Shown: positions 9,009 to 17,252, numbered from the stretch's first letter. The stretch is 64,000 nt of DNA from a virus (IMGVR_UViG_3300046674_000485:15734-79733), one strand, 5' to 3'. Made by a program: numbers and translations. The notes: generated by a model not told the origin, from the sequence alone.

Positions 9009-9352
9009 ACCTCGACATGTTCAGCGAGCTCGATGCCCTCTTCGGCGGGCCGCCCGCGGCACCTGCTGCAGCACCGACCCCGGCCCCTGCGCCGGCGCCC
9101 GCCCCCGTGGCTGCGCCCGTCGCTGCGCCGAAGCCGAAGCCGGCCGCACCGCCGGCCATCGAGTACCTCATGCAGCCCTGCGGCACCAACCGCTGGAGCT
9201 ACAAGAGCCAGATCATCGCCTACGACTCGCGCAAGGAGACCGTCGCCGGCCGCGGCCGGTGGTCGTGCATCGAGGGCATCGGCAAGCCCGAGGTGCGTGG
9301 CCACAGCCACCGCGAGATCTGCGCAGCCATCGACGCCAGGAGCCAGTCATGA
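9005..9352 (+). CDS. hypothetical protein with Pro/Ala-rich linker, 115 aa
   Basis: GTG 9005 (GTGA overlap); frame of ORF 8564..9352. Confidence 0.45.
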   Translation: MNLDMFSELDALFGGPPAAPAAAPTPAPAPAPAPVAAPVAAPKPKPAAPPAIEYLMQPCGTNRWSYKSQIIAYDSRKETVAGRGRWSCIEGIGKPEVRGHSHREICAAIDARSQS

Positions 9353-9600
9353 AAGCGAAGATGCGCCCGCGCTCGATCAAGCCATTCAACCTGCTGCGCA
9401 AGCCGCCGGTGTCGCGCATCCCTGGCGGCTACCCCGGGATCGTCGGCTGCACGCTCGGCCCCCTGCACGACAAGCACATCCCGATGCGCTTCGAGAGCGG
9501 CACCCTGGTGATCACGCTGCGCGGCGAGACCGGCCACTACACCCGCAAGGGCGAGTGGATCCAATTCAACGGCGCCGTTAACAATCAGTTGGCCGCTTAA
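9349..9600 (+). CDS. hypothetical protein, 83 aa
   Basis: ATG 9349 (ATGA overlap); frame of ORF 8980..9600. Confidence 0.45.
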   Translation: MKAKMRPRSIKPFNLLRKPPVSRIPGGYPGIVGCTLGPLHDKHIPMRFESGTLVITLRGETGHYTRKGEWIQFNGAVNNQLAA

Positions 9601-9648
9601 CATTCACTTGGTTTTAGAGCACAATCAACCATCACCACAGAGGCACAC

Positions 9649-9957
9649 ATGAAAAAGCTCCTCCTCCTGGCCGCGCTCCTGGCAGCGGCCGCCGCCCAGG
9701 CCGAGATCCTGGCCGTCATCCCCAACAAGGAAGGCGGCAAGATCTCGTTCACCACCACGAAGGGCGACTGCTCGGCTGGCAAGGTGGCCATGACGTACGG
9801 GACCAGCAACGACACCTCCCTCGGCTGCTGGCTCTGGCAGCCCGAGCTCGAGGCGGCCGTTGTCCGCTGGTCGGACGGCAGCCTGTCCACCTACCCGCTC
9901 AGCATGATGGAGAAGCCCAAGGCCCCGGCCGCCAAGAGCGGAGGGCCCAGCCTGTGA
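9649..9957 (+). CDS. secreted hypothetical protein, 102 aa
   Basis: signal peptide MKKLLLLAALLAAAAAQA; ORF track. Confidence 0.55.
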   Translation: MKKLLLLAALLAAAAAQAEILAVIPNKEGGKISFTTTKGDCSAGKVAMTYGTSNDTSLGCWLWQPELEAAVVRWSDGSLSTYPLSMMEKPKAPAAKSGGPSL

Positions 9958-10244
9958 GCCACGCCACCACCCCCAACCTCGAGCACCTGCACGCCTGCTA
10001 CCGCAGCGGGCAGATCGAGATCTCCGACTGGGTCAAGCTGAAGGCCGAGCATCCCGAGCTGTCCGACTACGCCATCGAGGCGAACCTCAACGAGAAGACG
10101 GTCGTCGTGCCGCGCATCGAGCTCGAGCGCGCCGAGCAGCAGACCCTCAAGGAGTTGGGCTTCGACGACGTCTTCGAACTGGCCGCAGCGTACCGCACGC
10201 TGAGCCGCTTTTCTGAAACCGCAACGGCAATCGCATGCATCTGA
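9954..10244 (+). CDS. hypothetical protein, 96 aa
   Basis: ORF track; GTGA overlap. Confidence 0.5.
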   Translation: MSHATTPNLEHLHACYRSGQIEISDWVKLKAEHPELSDYAIEANLNEKTVVVPRIELERAEQQTLKELGFDDVFELAAAYRTLSRFSETATAIACI

Positions 10245-10438
10245 CCAACCTCCTCCGCCCCCGCGGCCCCGCCATCTCCGACGCCGAGCTCAAGGCCCTG
10301 GCCGAACGCAACCTCGCGCGCGCCGCCCAGGCACGCGAGCGCATGGGCATCCGCCTGTGCATCCACCCGGCGAACGCGCCGACCAAGAACCGCCGGACCC
10401 CCGTCCTGGCCAGCTTCCACCACGGTCTCTTCTCGTGA
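10235..10438 (+). CDS. hypothetical protein, 67 aa
   Basis: ORF track. Confidence 0.4.
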   Translation: MHLTNLLRPRGPAISDAELKALAERNLARAAQARERMGIRLCIHPANAPTKNRRTPVLASFHHGLFS

Positions 10439-10452
10439 CAAACTCCCGCCCC

Positions 10453-10668
10453 ATGAACACCGACAAACCCAAGCAAGGCGGCGTCCGCCCCAACTCCGGA
10501 CGGCCCGCGCCGGACGGCGCCAAGAACGTGAAGAACGTGAGCATCGCCCTGACCCCGGCCCAGATCGAATGGCTGGACCAAGGCGGCAGCAAGTCTGCCA
10601 AGGTGCGCGCGCTGATCGACAAGGAGATCGCGGCCGAGGCCAAGAAGGCGGCGAAGCGGGCTGCCTAG
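10453..10668 (+). CDS. small basic DNA-binding-like protein (possible ribbon-helix-helix), 71 aa
   Basis: internal ATG 10453 of ORF 10357..10668; GGVRPNSGRP plus NVSIALTPAQIEWLD pattern. Confidence 0.4.
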   Translation: MNTDKPKQGGVRPNSGRPAPDGAKNVKNVSIALTPAQIEWLDQGGSKSAKVRALIDKEIAAEAKKAAKRAA

Positions 10669-11048
10669 TGCAGCGTCTCGCCGAGCTGCTGCAGCGCCCA
10701 CAGGGCGGCGCGGCGGCGCGGCTCCTTGCGGTCTGACGCCGCGATCTCTCGCCACCGTGCGATCTGCCTGGGCCGAGCCTCTGCAAAGAGCTCGGCCTTT
10801 TCTTCGGCCGACGCATCCTTGGCCTGATCGGTGAAAAAGTTGCAGGCGTGGCAGCCCCACACCGAGTATTCGTCGCCGGCCTTGTAGTGGCCGCCGGTGC
10901 CGTAGTCCGACACGCCTCGAGGATGGCAGGCCACCACCGTGGCCGGGTCGTGGTTGCACATCGGCGACTGCAGCAGGCAGTCCTGGCCGCGCGCCAGATC
11001 CAGCAGCTGGCGGTTGGCCCCGCGCGGCTGCTTCAGGAATGACCGCAT
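10665..11048 (-). CDS. DUF1364/YbcO-like putative nuclease (Cys/His cluster)
   Basis: last 127 codons of ORF 10665..11393; CNHDPATVVACHPRGVSDYGTGGHYKAGDEYSVWGCHACN resembles prophage YbcO. Confidence 0.55.
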   Translation of the reverse strand: MRSFLKQPRGANRQLLDLARGQDCLLQSPMCNHDPATVVACHPRGVSDYGTGGHYKAGDEYSVWGCHACNFFTDQAKDASAEEKAELFAEARPRQIARWREIAASDRKEPRRRAALWALQQLGETLH

Positions 11049-11422
11049 CAGTGGATGGTGGGTCGGATGAACTGGAACGCCAGCGCCGGCGTGGTGTCGC
11101 TCATGCTGACGGCCTGGGCCATCTCGTAGTCGGTGGCCTGGGCGATCGCGCGGCGCTCGTCGCGCTGCTGCTGCTCGTAGCGCACGACCGGCTGCGCGCT
11201 GGCCAGGGCGTTCATGAAGGCGCGGCGATCGGCGATCGTCTCGAGGCTGGCCAGCCGCTTTTGCAGGTGCTTCAGCAGCTTCGCCTGGGCCTTGTCCTTG
11301 CCGGCGTTGCGCACGACCACCAGCTGGACGTCGCCGCCGTTGAAGGTGAAGTGCAGGGTGCGGATCCCGCACTTCTCGACGGCATTCACCCACTGGGTGA
11401 GCTCTTCATGGGTGACGATCAA
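11048..11422 (-). CDS. hypothetical protein, 124 aa
   Basis: ORF track; stop overlaps next start. Confidence 0.5.
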   Translation of the reverse strand: MIVTHEELTQWVNAVEKCGIRTLHFTFNGGDVQLVVVRNAGKDKAQAKLLKHLQKRLASLETIADRRAFMNALASAQPVVRYEQQQRDERRAIAQATDYEMAQAVSMSDTTPALAFQFIRPTIH

Positions 11423-11937
11423 TGGAGTCTCCTGGCGACCGAGCTCTCGGTCGTGCGATCCAGGCGCGCGAGGGCCTCGATCAGTTCGGTGATCTCGCGG
11501 TGCAGCTTGCGCTGGACGCGACGCTTGCCCGTGCCGTGGCAGTGCTTGCAGAGGTTGGCCGTGAGGAAGGGGGTGCCCTCGGCCACCAGCTTGCCGCGGC
11601 CATGGCAGTGCGGGCAGGCCGGGTTCACGTGGTGCGCCAGGGCCAGCTCGGCGGCGCGGTGCGTGTTGGCCGCGTTGAGCCGCCAGTTGCGCACGCCGTT
11701 CATCTTCCTGGCCAACCCCAGCACCGCATCCCTGGCGCGCCTGTAGCCCGTCTGCGTGCCGCCGATGTGCAGGAACATCAGCTCGCCGGCCGCGGCCCCC
11801 GCCTCCTTGGCAGCAAGGCCCAGGGCAACGAGGTGGTCGGCATCGCCCACGCCACGCGGGCGCAGGGTCAGGTCGGAGGATTGAATCGCGCTGTGCAGGC
11901 GCTCGAGCACCGTCGGCTTGTCGTTCGGATCGATCAT
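11419..11937 (-). CDS. zinc-finger protein (CPHCHGRGK...CKHCHGTGK, DnaJ-type CxxCxGxG), 172 aa
   Basis: in-frame ATG 11937 of ORF 11419..12300. Confidence 0.55.
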   Translation of the reverse strand: MIDPNDKPTVLERLHSAIQSSDLTLRPRGVGDADHLVALGLAAKEAGAAAGELMFLHIGGTQTGYRRARDAVLGLARKMNGVRNWRLNAANTHRAAELALAHHVNPACPHCHGRGKLVAEGTPFLTANLCKHCHGTGKRRVQRKLHREITELIEALARLDRTTESSVARRLH

Positions 11938-12365
11938 GCTGCGAGGTAGTCCTTGATGATCTGCATGGCGTCGTCCCAGCCGTAGGCCACGTGTGCGGCG
12001 TAGCCGTGCAGTCGGTAGTGGGCGAGCCACTCGTCCTGAAGTTCGGTGGTGCTCCCTGCCGCCTTGCTCAGGCGCACGCCCTTGATGGCCGGAATGCGCG
12101 GCGTCTTGAGCTCGATGCGCAGGCCATGGAAGCCCTTGCGCGGGACGTCGAGGAAAACGTCCGGCACGCCGGCCTTCAGGCCCTCGGCCACCATGACGGC
12201 GGCCGTGATCTTGTCGCGCAGCCCGCCGTTCGGGACCGAGTGCAGCCAGTGCAGCTCGGGCATCGTGCCCTTGGCCATCTCGGCCCAGCGGAACAGACAC
12301 TTCTGGTGGCCGCTCTCGGTCATGTGGCGGCCGCTCTGTTTGCGCACGAGCTCATCGACGGTCAT
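11934..12365 (-). CDS. VRR-NUC domain nuclease
   Basis: in-frame ATG 12365 of ORF 11934..12491; ESGHQKCLFRWA...LHSVPNGG...KAGVPDVFL...GLRIELK match VRR-NUC PD-(D/E)xK motifs. Confidence 0.8.
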   Translation of the reverse strand: MTVDELVRKQSGRHMTESGHQKCLFRWAEMAKGTMPELHWLHSVPNGGLRDKITAAVMVAEGLKAGVPDVFLDVPRKGFHGLRIELKTPRIPAIKGVRLSKAAGSTTELQDEWLAHYRLHGYAAHVAYGWDDAMQIIKDYLAA

Positions 12366-12645
12366 TGCTCGTCCGCGCCATCGGGCCGCGGCCTTCCTTG
12401 CGTGCGACCGCGCCCTTCGAGGTCTGGCTCTCGCCGATGGGCTTGGCCAGCTCGACCTCCAGGCGCTTCTCCGCGCCGGCCGCCCAGGCACGCACGTCGC
12501 CCACCCGCCAGCGCGTGCGGTTGGTGAAGTGGCCGTTGCTCGAGGTGCCGAAGCGCGGCTTGGGGAAGTCGTTGCCCAGCACCATCGCGCGCAGCTCGCT
12601 GCCCGTGATCCGGATCCACTCGAGCACCTCGTCCTTGGTGATCAT
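12352..12645 (-). CDS. AlpA-like phage transcriptional regulator (HTH)
   Basis: MITKDEVLEWIRITGSELRAMVLGNDFPKPRFG...WRVGDVRAW pattern; alternative GTG start at 12690. Confidence 0.5.
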   Translation of the reverse strand: MITKDEVLEWIRITGSELRAMVLGNDFPKPRFGTSSNGHFTNRTRWRVGDVRAWAAGAEKRLEVELAKPIGESQTSKGAVARKEGRGPMARTSNDRR

Positions 12646-12693
12646 GGCGTGCGGTGAGGCGATGCCCACCCAGGAAGGGATCGCGGTCACGGC

Positions 12694-12969
12694 TCAGGCG
12701 TTGAGGGCGTTGCGGATGGTGGCGCTGGGGCGGAACAGCGCAGCGCGGCGGGCCGGCACGATCACGGTCTCGCCGGTGTGCAGGTTGCGCGCCTTCTTGG
12801 CGGGCCGGTCGCTCACCGAGAACTTGCCCAGGCCGAGCACCGAGACTGGGTTGCCCAGGACGATCTCGCTGTGGAGCACGTCCTGGGTGGCGTCGAGAAC
12901 TTCGCGGATGGCCTGCTTCGTATAGCCCGAAGACTCCGCCACCGCATCAATCAAAACATTCTTTTTCAT
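12694..12969 (-). CDS. hup: HU/IHF-family histone-like DNA-binding protein
   Basis: 91 aa: MKKNVLIDAVAESSGYTKQAIREVLDA...VLGLGKFSVSDRPAKKARNLHTGETVIVPARRAALFRPS; last 91 codons of ORF 12694..13167. Confidence 0.85.
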   Translation of the reverse strand: MKKNVLIDAVAESSGYTKQAIREVLDATQDVLHSEIVLGNPVSVLGLGKFSVSDRPAKKARNLHTGETVIVPARRAALFRPSATIRNALNA

Positions 12970-13023
12970 GGCCAACAGTTTGTTGTGTTGGCTTGATTCT
13001 AAATGTTGGTTTGCTGCTGTCGA
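12970..13023 (-). promoter_or_regulatory. promoter with operator for the HU-to-YbcO sub-operon
   Basis: minus strand TCGACA, 16 nt spacer, TAGAAT, then GCCAACACAACAAACTGTTGGC operator before the HU ATG. Confidence 0.5.
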
Positions 13024-13033
13024 ACAGTGACCC

Positions 13034-13528
13034 CTACCGCCTGCCGTACTCGAAGGCCAGCAGCTGCTCGATGGTGTTGCGCAGCCACTCCTCGCTGCGC
13101 GAGTTCTTGTACACGTGGCGCAGCGCGGCGTTGAGCACGTCGGAGAAGATGCGCTCCTTCTCCTCATCGGTGCGGTTGCCGTAGGCGATCGACTTCGCGC
13201 GCAGCCGGGTCGTGCCGTCGATGCTGAAGGTCGCCTCGAAGTGCCCGGCCAGGATCGTCAGCTGCTCGCGGAACGTGTCGAACGAGGGCTTCACCAGCTG
13301 GCCGCGGTACTCCACGCCGGCGTCGAGCGTCTCCTCGAAGGCCTCGAAGCAGAACTTGAACAGCATGATCAGCTTCTGGTGGAACTTGAGGTTGTGCTCG
13401 GTCATCTTCGTGGCCTTGACCCGCACGCCGGCGCCGAGCTTCAGCTTCTGGATGACTGCCGCGTCCTCCTCGGTGGACGGGATGAGCGTGTTGTTGGCGC
13501 CCTTGATGAGGATGATCTCCTCGGCCAT
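13034..13528 (-). CDS. hypothetical phage protein, 164 aa
   Basis: in-frame ATG 13528 of ORF 13034..13729. Confidence 0.5.
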   Translation of the reverse strand: MAEEIILIKGANNTLIPSTEEDAAVIQKLKLGAGVRVKATKMTEHNLKFHQKLIMLFKFCFEAFEETLDAGVEYRGQLVKPSFDTFREQLTILAGHFEATFSIDGTTRLRAKSIAYGNRTDEEKERIFSDVLNAALRHVYKNSRSEEWLRNTIEQLLAFEYGRR

Positions 13529-13929
13529 CAGTCCACCTTCGTGAACGTGCGGACCACCACCATCTCCTCCCGCTCCTTGCAGTCGAGCTGGTAGGCCGCG
13601 CCCATCCAGTCGATCGCCTCGGGCTCGGCGTGCTTGCCGCCGCCGTACCAGTAGGTCCAGCCCACCCAGGTGCCATCGGGCATCTGCGCGGCCACCGACT
13701 TGGCTTCGTAGTGGCGCGACCAGTCGCACGGCAGCTTGGTCTCGACGGTGCCGGAGCGCATCTCGTTGCGGGCATCCTGAAGGTTGCAGTCGTCGCCGTC
13801 GATGGCTTCGTAGATCTGGTCCACGTTCTCGGCAGTCAGCGGGGTCTTCGGCACATCCACGCTGCCGTGCCGCATGGCGACCATGATGATGGCGGTCTTG
13901 ATTTTTTGCTCGGGGGTCATTGGGGTCAT
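13528..13929 (-). CDS. hypothetical protein, 133 aa
   Basis: ORF track; stop overlaps next start. Confidence 0.5.
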   Translation of the reverse strand: MTPMTPEQKIKTAIIMVAMRHGSVDVPKTPLTAENVDQIYEAIDGDDCNLQDARNEMRSGTVETKLPCDWSRHYEAKSVAAQMPDGTWVGWTYWYGGGKHAEPEAIDWMGAAYQLDCKEREEMVVVRTFTKVD

Positions 13930-14183
13930 GCTGCTTTTTTCGGTTGGTCGATGATGCCGAGCAGGATCAGGCGGTCCTGCACGAGTGAGGAAATTTCAGG
14001 GACGAAGCACGGCACCTCCGCCAGGAACGCGCGCATCTCGACGCGCATCGCCGGCGGATCCTTCTGGTACAGCCGCACGAAGCGCACGACGTGGTGCTCG
14101 GGCAGCGCCTCGTCGAGCGCGGCCGAGGCTGCCGCCAGCCTGGGCGACAGCGGCTCCTTGGTGAGGAGGCGGGCCTTGATCAT
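13926..14183 (-). CDS. hypothetical protein, 85 aa
   Basis: in-frame ATG 14183 of ORF 13926..14477. Confidence 0.45.
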   Translation of the reverse strand: MIKARLLTKEPLSPRLAAASAALDEALPEHHVVRFVRLYQKDPPAMRVEMRAFLAEVPCFVPEISSLVQDRLILLGIIDQPKKAA

Positions 14184-14500
14184 GCTGGCTCGAGCTCGAG
14201 CTCGCGCACCCGGGCCGGGGCCGGCTCGTCGATGTAGACGCCGCCGTCGGCATCCGGGTCGCGGATGGGCACGAGGTAGCGGCCGGGAATCGTGGACTGG
14301 CGGTCTTCGTTGTCCGTCATCCGAACAATGCCATCTTCGTCGCTGCAGGCAATCAGTCGCGAGGCATCCTTCCACACCCAGGCAGGCCGATCGCTGATGT
14401 CCTCGCTCAGCTCGACAACCGTCAGGGTGGCGCCGATGTTGGCCTCGCAGTCGTGGTCCTCGCCGACGATGACGCACATGTCTCCGGGTTCGATCTTCAT
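14180..14500 (-). CDS. hypothetical protein, 106 aa
   Basis: ORF track. Confidence 0.5.
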   Translation of the reverse strand: MKIEPGDMCVIVGEDHDCEANIGATLTVVELSEDISDRPAWVWKDASRLIACSDEDGIVRMTDNEDRQSTIPGRYLVPIRDPDADGGVYIDEPAPARVRELELEPA

Positions 14501-15078
14501 GCCTGGGGCTCCAGTGCGTCGAGCGCCACGAGGCGGGCCTTCTTCTCCTCGACCTCGGCGCGGATCGCCGCGCAGAACTCCGGCCAGATCTGATCGTAGA
14601 AGCCGGCGAACTGGGGGTCTTCCTTCTTCACGATGTAGGCGCCGGTGCCGAGCAGTTCGTGGTCAACGAAGTCAGGCACGCTGTGCATCTGCAGATAGAG
14701 CCCGTGCTCCGAGTCGACTTCCTCGAGGCTGTCGATCCACTCGCCCAGCTCCTCGTGCTGCTCGGCAGTGAGCTCGCCCTGGCTGTGCGCCTCGTTCGAG
14801 ATGTCGTGCGCCTTGATGATCGACTTGTCGAAGTCGAGCACCTGATAGCCGGTGCCGAGCAGCTTGGTGCCCAGGTAGTCGCGGTTGATCCGCAGCAGGA
14901 ACTCGCGCAGCGGGGAGCCCATCGCGCCCCACTGCATGGCCCAGCTGCCGAAGCTGCTGTTGATGAAGATCTCACCCACGTAGCTCTCGCCGTTGCGCCA
15001 CTCATCGAGGATGATCCCGGCGTACTCGCCGTCCTTGCGCACGGTGTACCGCGCCGCCACGTCCTTGCTCACGCTCAT
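14497..15078 (-). CDS. hypothetical protein, 193 aa
   Basis: ORF track; ATGA overlap with DnaC-like gene. Confidence 0.55.
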   Translation of the reverse strand: MSVSKDVAARYTVRKDGEYAGIILDEWRNGESYVGEIFINSSFGSWAMQWGAMGSPLREFLLRINRDYLGTKLLGTGYQVLDFDKSIIKAHDISNEAHSQGELTAEQHEELGEWIDSLEEVDSEHGLYLQMHSVPDFVDHELLGTGAYIVKKEDPQFAGFYDQIWPEFCAAIRAEVEEKKARLVALDALEPQA

Positions 15079-16079
15079 GCCCTTGCTCCTGCTTCCTTGC
15101 GATACGAGTCCCAGGTGAAGCTCACCCAGGGTGATGTCTCGAGCAGCCGGTCTTGGACCCGCTCGCCGACGAATGTCTTCAGTCCCTCGATGTCCTGATT
15201 CGTGATCAGGATCACCGGCAGCATGCGGCGGTAGCGGCGGTCCATCACCTCGAAGAGCATCAGCAGCTCCTCGTTCGTGCCGCGCTGCGCACCCACCTCA
15301 TCGAGCACCAGCAGCGGGACCGAGCTCAGCTCCTCGATCACCTCGCCCTCGGTGCGCCCGCCCTTCTTTCCGTACGTGTCGCGGATCGCGAACAGCATGC
15401 CCATCAGCGTGGTGTAGACGCCGACGTGCTTCGGGAAGATGGCCTGCAGGATGCCGCCGGCGAGGTGGCTCTTGCCCGTGCCTGGGCCGCCGCCGAAGAT
15501 CAGGCCCTTGCCCTTGTCCAGCAGCTCGTCGAAGCGCCCGGCGTAGGCCCTGGCGATGGCCTGGGCGCGGCGCTGCTCCGGCGTCGTGGCGATGAAGCTC
15601 TCGATGGTCCGGCCGATGAAGCGCTTGGGGATCGCGGTCTGGCCCAGCAGATCGGTGAGCTGGGTCATGCGCGCATCGGCGGCGCGCGAGTGCTCGGCCG
15701 CCTGCACCTCGTCGACCTCGGCCTGGGCGCAGCCAGGGCACCGGGTCCACACGGTGTGCGGCGTCTTGCCCAGGCGGTACTCGGTGCCGCGGGCGGCGTA
15801 GAAGCCGTGCGTTTCGCAGTTGCGCGGCGATTCGCCCAGGTCGACGGACAGCGGACCCGTCGGCAGCGACGCCGCGATCGGCTTCAGCGGCTGCTCGGCA
15901 GGCACGATGGAGGCGAAGCATGCCGGGCAGCTGGTCCAGCGCTCGATGGCATCCCGGCCCGGCAGGTGGTAGCGGGTGCCCTTGGCCTGGAAGGCGCCGT
16001 GCGCGGGGCAGCGCTGCTCGCGCTCGCCCAGGTCGGTCTTCAGGTCGTCGTCGCGCATCGGCTCAGTGGACTGGGGCAT
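15075..16079 (-). CDS. DnaC/IstB-like AAA+ helicase loader with duplicated N-terminal zinc-ribbon
   Basis: Walker A GGPGTGKSHLA and Walker B LLVLDEVG; N-terminus has two RCPAHG...CPAC / NCETHG...CPGC units. Confidence 0.8.
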   Translation of the reverse strand: MPQSTEPMRDDDLKTDLGEREQRCPAHGAFQAKGTRYHLPGRDAIERWTSCPACFASIVPAEQPLKPIAASLPTGPLSVDLGESPRNCETHGFYAARGTEYRLGKTPHTVWTRCPGCAQAEVDEVQAAEHSRAADARMTQLTDLLGQTAIPKRFIGRTIESFIATTPEQRRAQAIARAYAGRFDELLDKGKGLIFGGGPGTGKSHLAGGILQAIFPKHVGVYTTLMGMLFAIRDTYGKKGGRTEGEVIEELSSVPLLVLDEVGAQRGTNEELLMLFEVMDRRYRRMLPVILITNQDIEGLKTFVGERVQDRLLETSPWVSFTWDSYRKEAGARA

Positions 16080-16869
16080 GGTCGCCTCCGTCGTCAGAGC
16101 CCAGGTCGAACGACTGGAAGTCGCCGGTCTTCGAGTAGTCCTTGCCGGTCAGGTCATGCGGGTTGGATGCCTGGGCGCCGCCCGGCACGCGGATGCCCTT
16201 GTCGCTGCGGTCCCAGCTGGCCTTGAAGCCGGCCCAGCCGCGGTGGCAGCACTCGGTCAGCGCCTGCTCGAGGGTCAGGTTGGCCTTCAGGGCTTCGGCC
16301 TTGATGCCGTCCAGCGCGGTCTCGGTGAGCGGCAGCTTCTTGGCCTTGCGGAGTTTCAGGAAGTCGGCAGCCAGCTTGGCCGGCAAGTCGGCGAGCAGGG
16401 CCGCCTGAGCGGCCGCATCTCCTGAACGAAGTGAAGGAGATTTATCTTCTCTTCTCTTCTCTTCTCTAGACCGCTTTTTGTCCGCATCGGATGCGGACGC
16501 AGTGCGGGCAGCTTCGGCGGCCTCTTCCTCGCGCTCTCGGCGCTTGCGCTGGGTCTCGGTGGCGCGGCGCTTGGCACTCTGTCCGTTGTGCTCATCGAAC
16601 TCTGGAAGGGCCACGCCATCGGGGTCCGCGCTGAGCCAGTCGACCTTGCACATGGCCTCCGAAAAGCCGGCGAATCCAATCAGCTCGTCGATCGCGTCGA
16701 GCGTGTAGCCGGACAGGGATCCGTCTTCGGAGTGGGCGTCGAACAGACACCAGACCGCATGCAGTCCGCCGACGATACGCAATCTGTCCGCTTTCAATGC
16801 GGACGAGATACGGACAACCTTCGGGTGTGTGTGAAGGTCGGCCCGCATTTTGATCCAGTCGCCTGCCAT
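16063..16869 (-). CDS. phage replisome organizer (DUF1376-like replication initiator)
   Basis: N-terminus MAGDWIKMRADLHTHPKVVRIS typical of DUF1376; sits just upstream of the DnaC-like gene; holds the origin-like repeats. Confidence 0.6.
   Translation of the reverse strand: MAGDWIKMRADLHTHPKVVRISSALKADRLRIVGGLHAVWCLFDAHSEDGSLSGYTLDAIDELIGFAGFSEAMCKVDWLSADPDGVALPEFDEHNGQSAKRRATETQRKRREREEEAAEAARTASASDADKKRSREEKRREDKSPSLRSGDAAAQAALLADLPAKLAADFLKLRKAKKLPLTETALDGIKAEALKANLTLEQALTECCHRGWAGFKASWDRSDKGIRVPGGAQASNPHDLTGKDYSKTGDFQSFDLGSDDGGDHAPVH
16445..16819. other. putative phage replication origin inside the organizer gene
   Basis: (TCTTC)x4 run 16445-16467 (AT-rich for this genome); 19-nt palindrome GTCCGCATCGGATGCGGAC 16480-16498; GTCCGC-TTTCAAT-GCGGAC 16786-16804; further GTCCGC half-sites. 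Confidence 0.5.
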
Positions 16870-16931
16870 CAGCGGGCTCCTGGGGTGGGGGTGGAACGGG
16901 AGGTCATGCTTTCCTTGATTGAAGGGGTGGG

Positions 16932-16973
16932 ACTATACCAACAGTTGGCTTAGTGAGCCAACGGTTTGTTGGC
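16932..16973 (-). promoter_or_regulatory. promoter with two operator copies upstream of the replication genes
   Basis: minus strand TTGGCT, spacer, TATAGT; operators CCAACAGTTGGC 16938-16949 and GCCAACGGTTTGTTGGC 16957-16973. Confidence 0.5.
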
Positions 16974-17252
16974 TTCCTTGATAAAAAAGGGGCGCACCTT
17001 CACGGCCTGGACGGTCTTGCCGGTGATGCGGCACACGCGGTTCTCGACCCGCTCCAGGCGGACGTTCATCAGGCGGTTGCGGTCGCCCGACACGGTGGAC
17101 TTCTGCAGGCCCAGGCCGTCGGCCATCTCGGCGATGGTGGCCGTGCCGTGCTGGCGGACGTACTCGACGAGCATGTTCTGGATGCGGCTGAAGTGGCGCA
17201 CAGGCAGGGAGTGGAAGGCTTCGATGGAAGTCTCTGCGACGTTGGTTTTCAT
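16950..17252 (-). CDS. HTH DNA-binding protein (CII-position regulator), 100 aa
   Basis: in-frame ATG 17252 of ORF 16950..17486; TIAEMADGLGLQKSTVSGDRNRL helix-turn-helix. Confidence 0.5.
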   Translation of the reverse strand: MKTNVAETSIEAFHSLPVRHFSRIQNMLVEYVRQHGTATIAEMADGLGLQKSTVSGDRNRLMNVRLERVENRVCRITGKTVQAVKVRPFFIKEANKPLAH

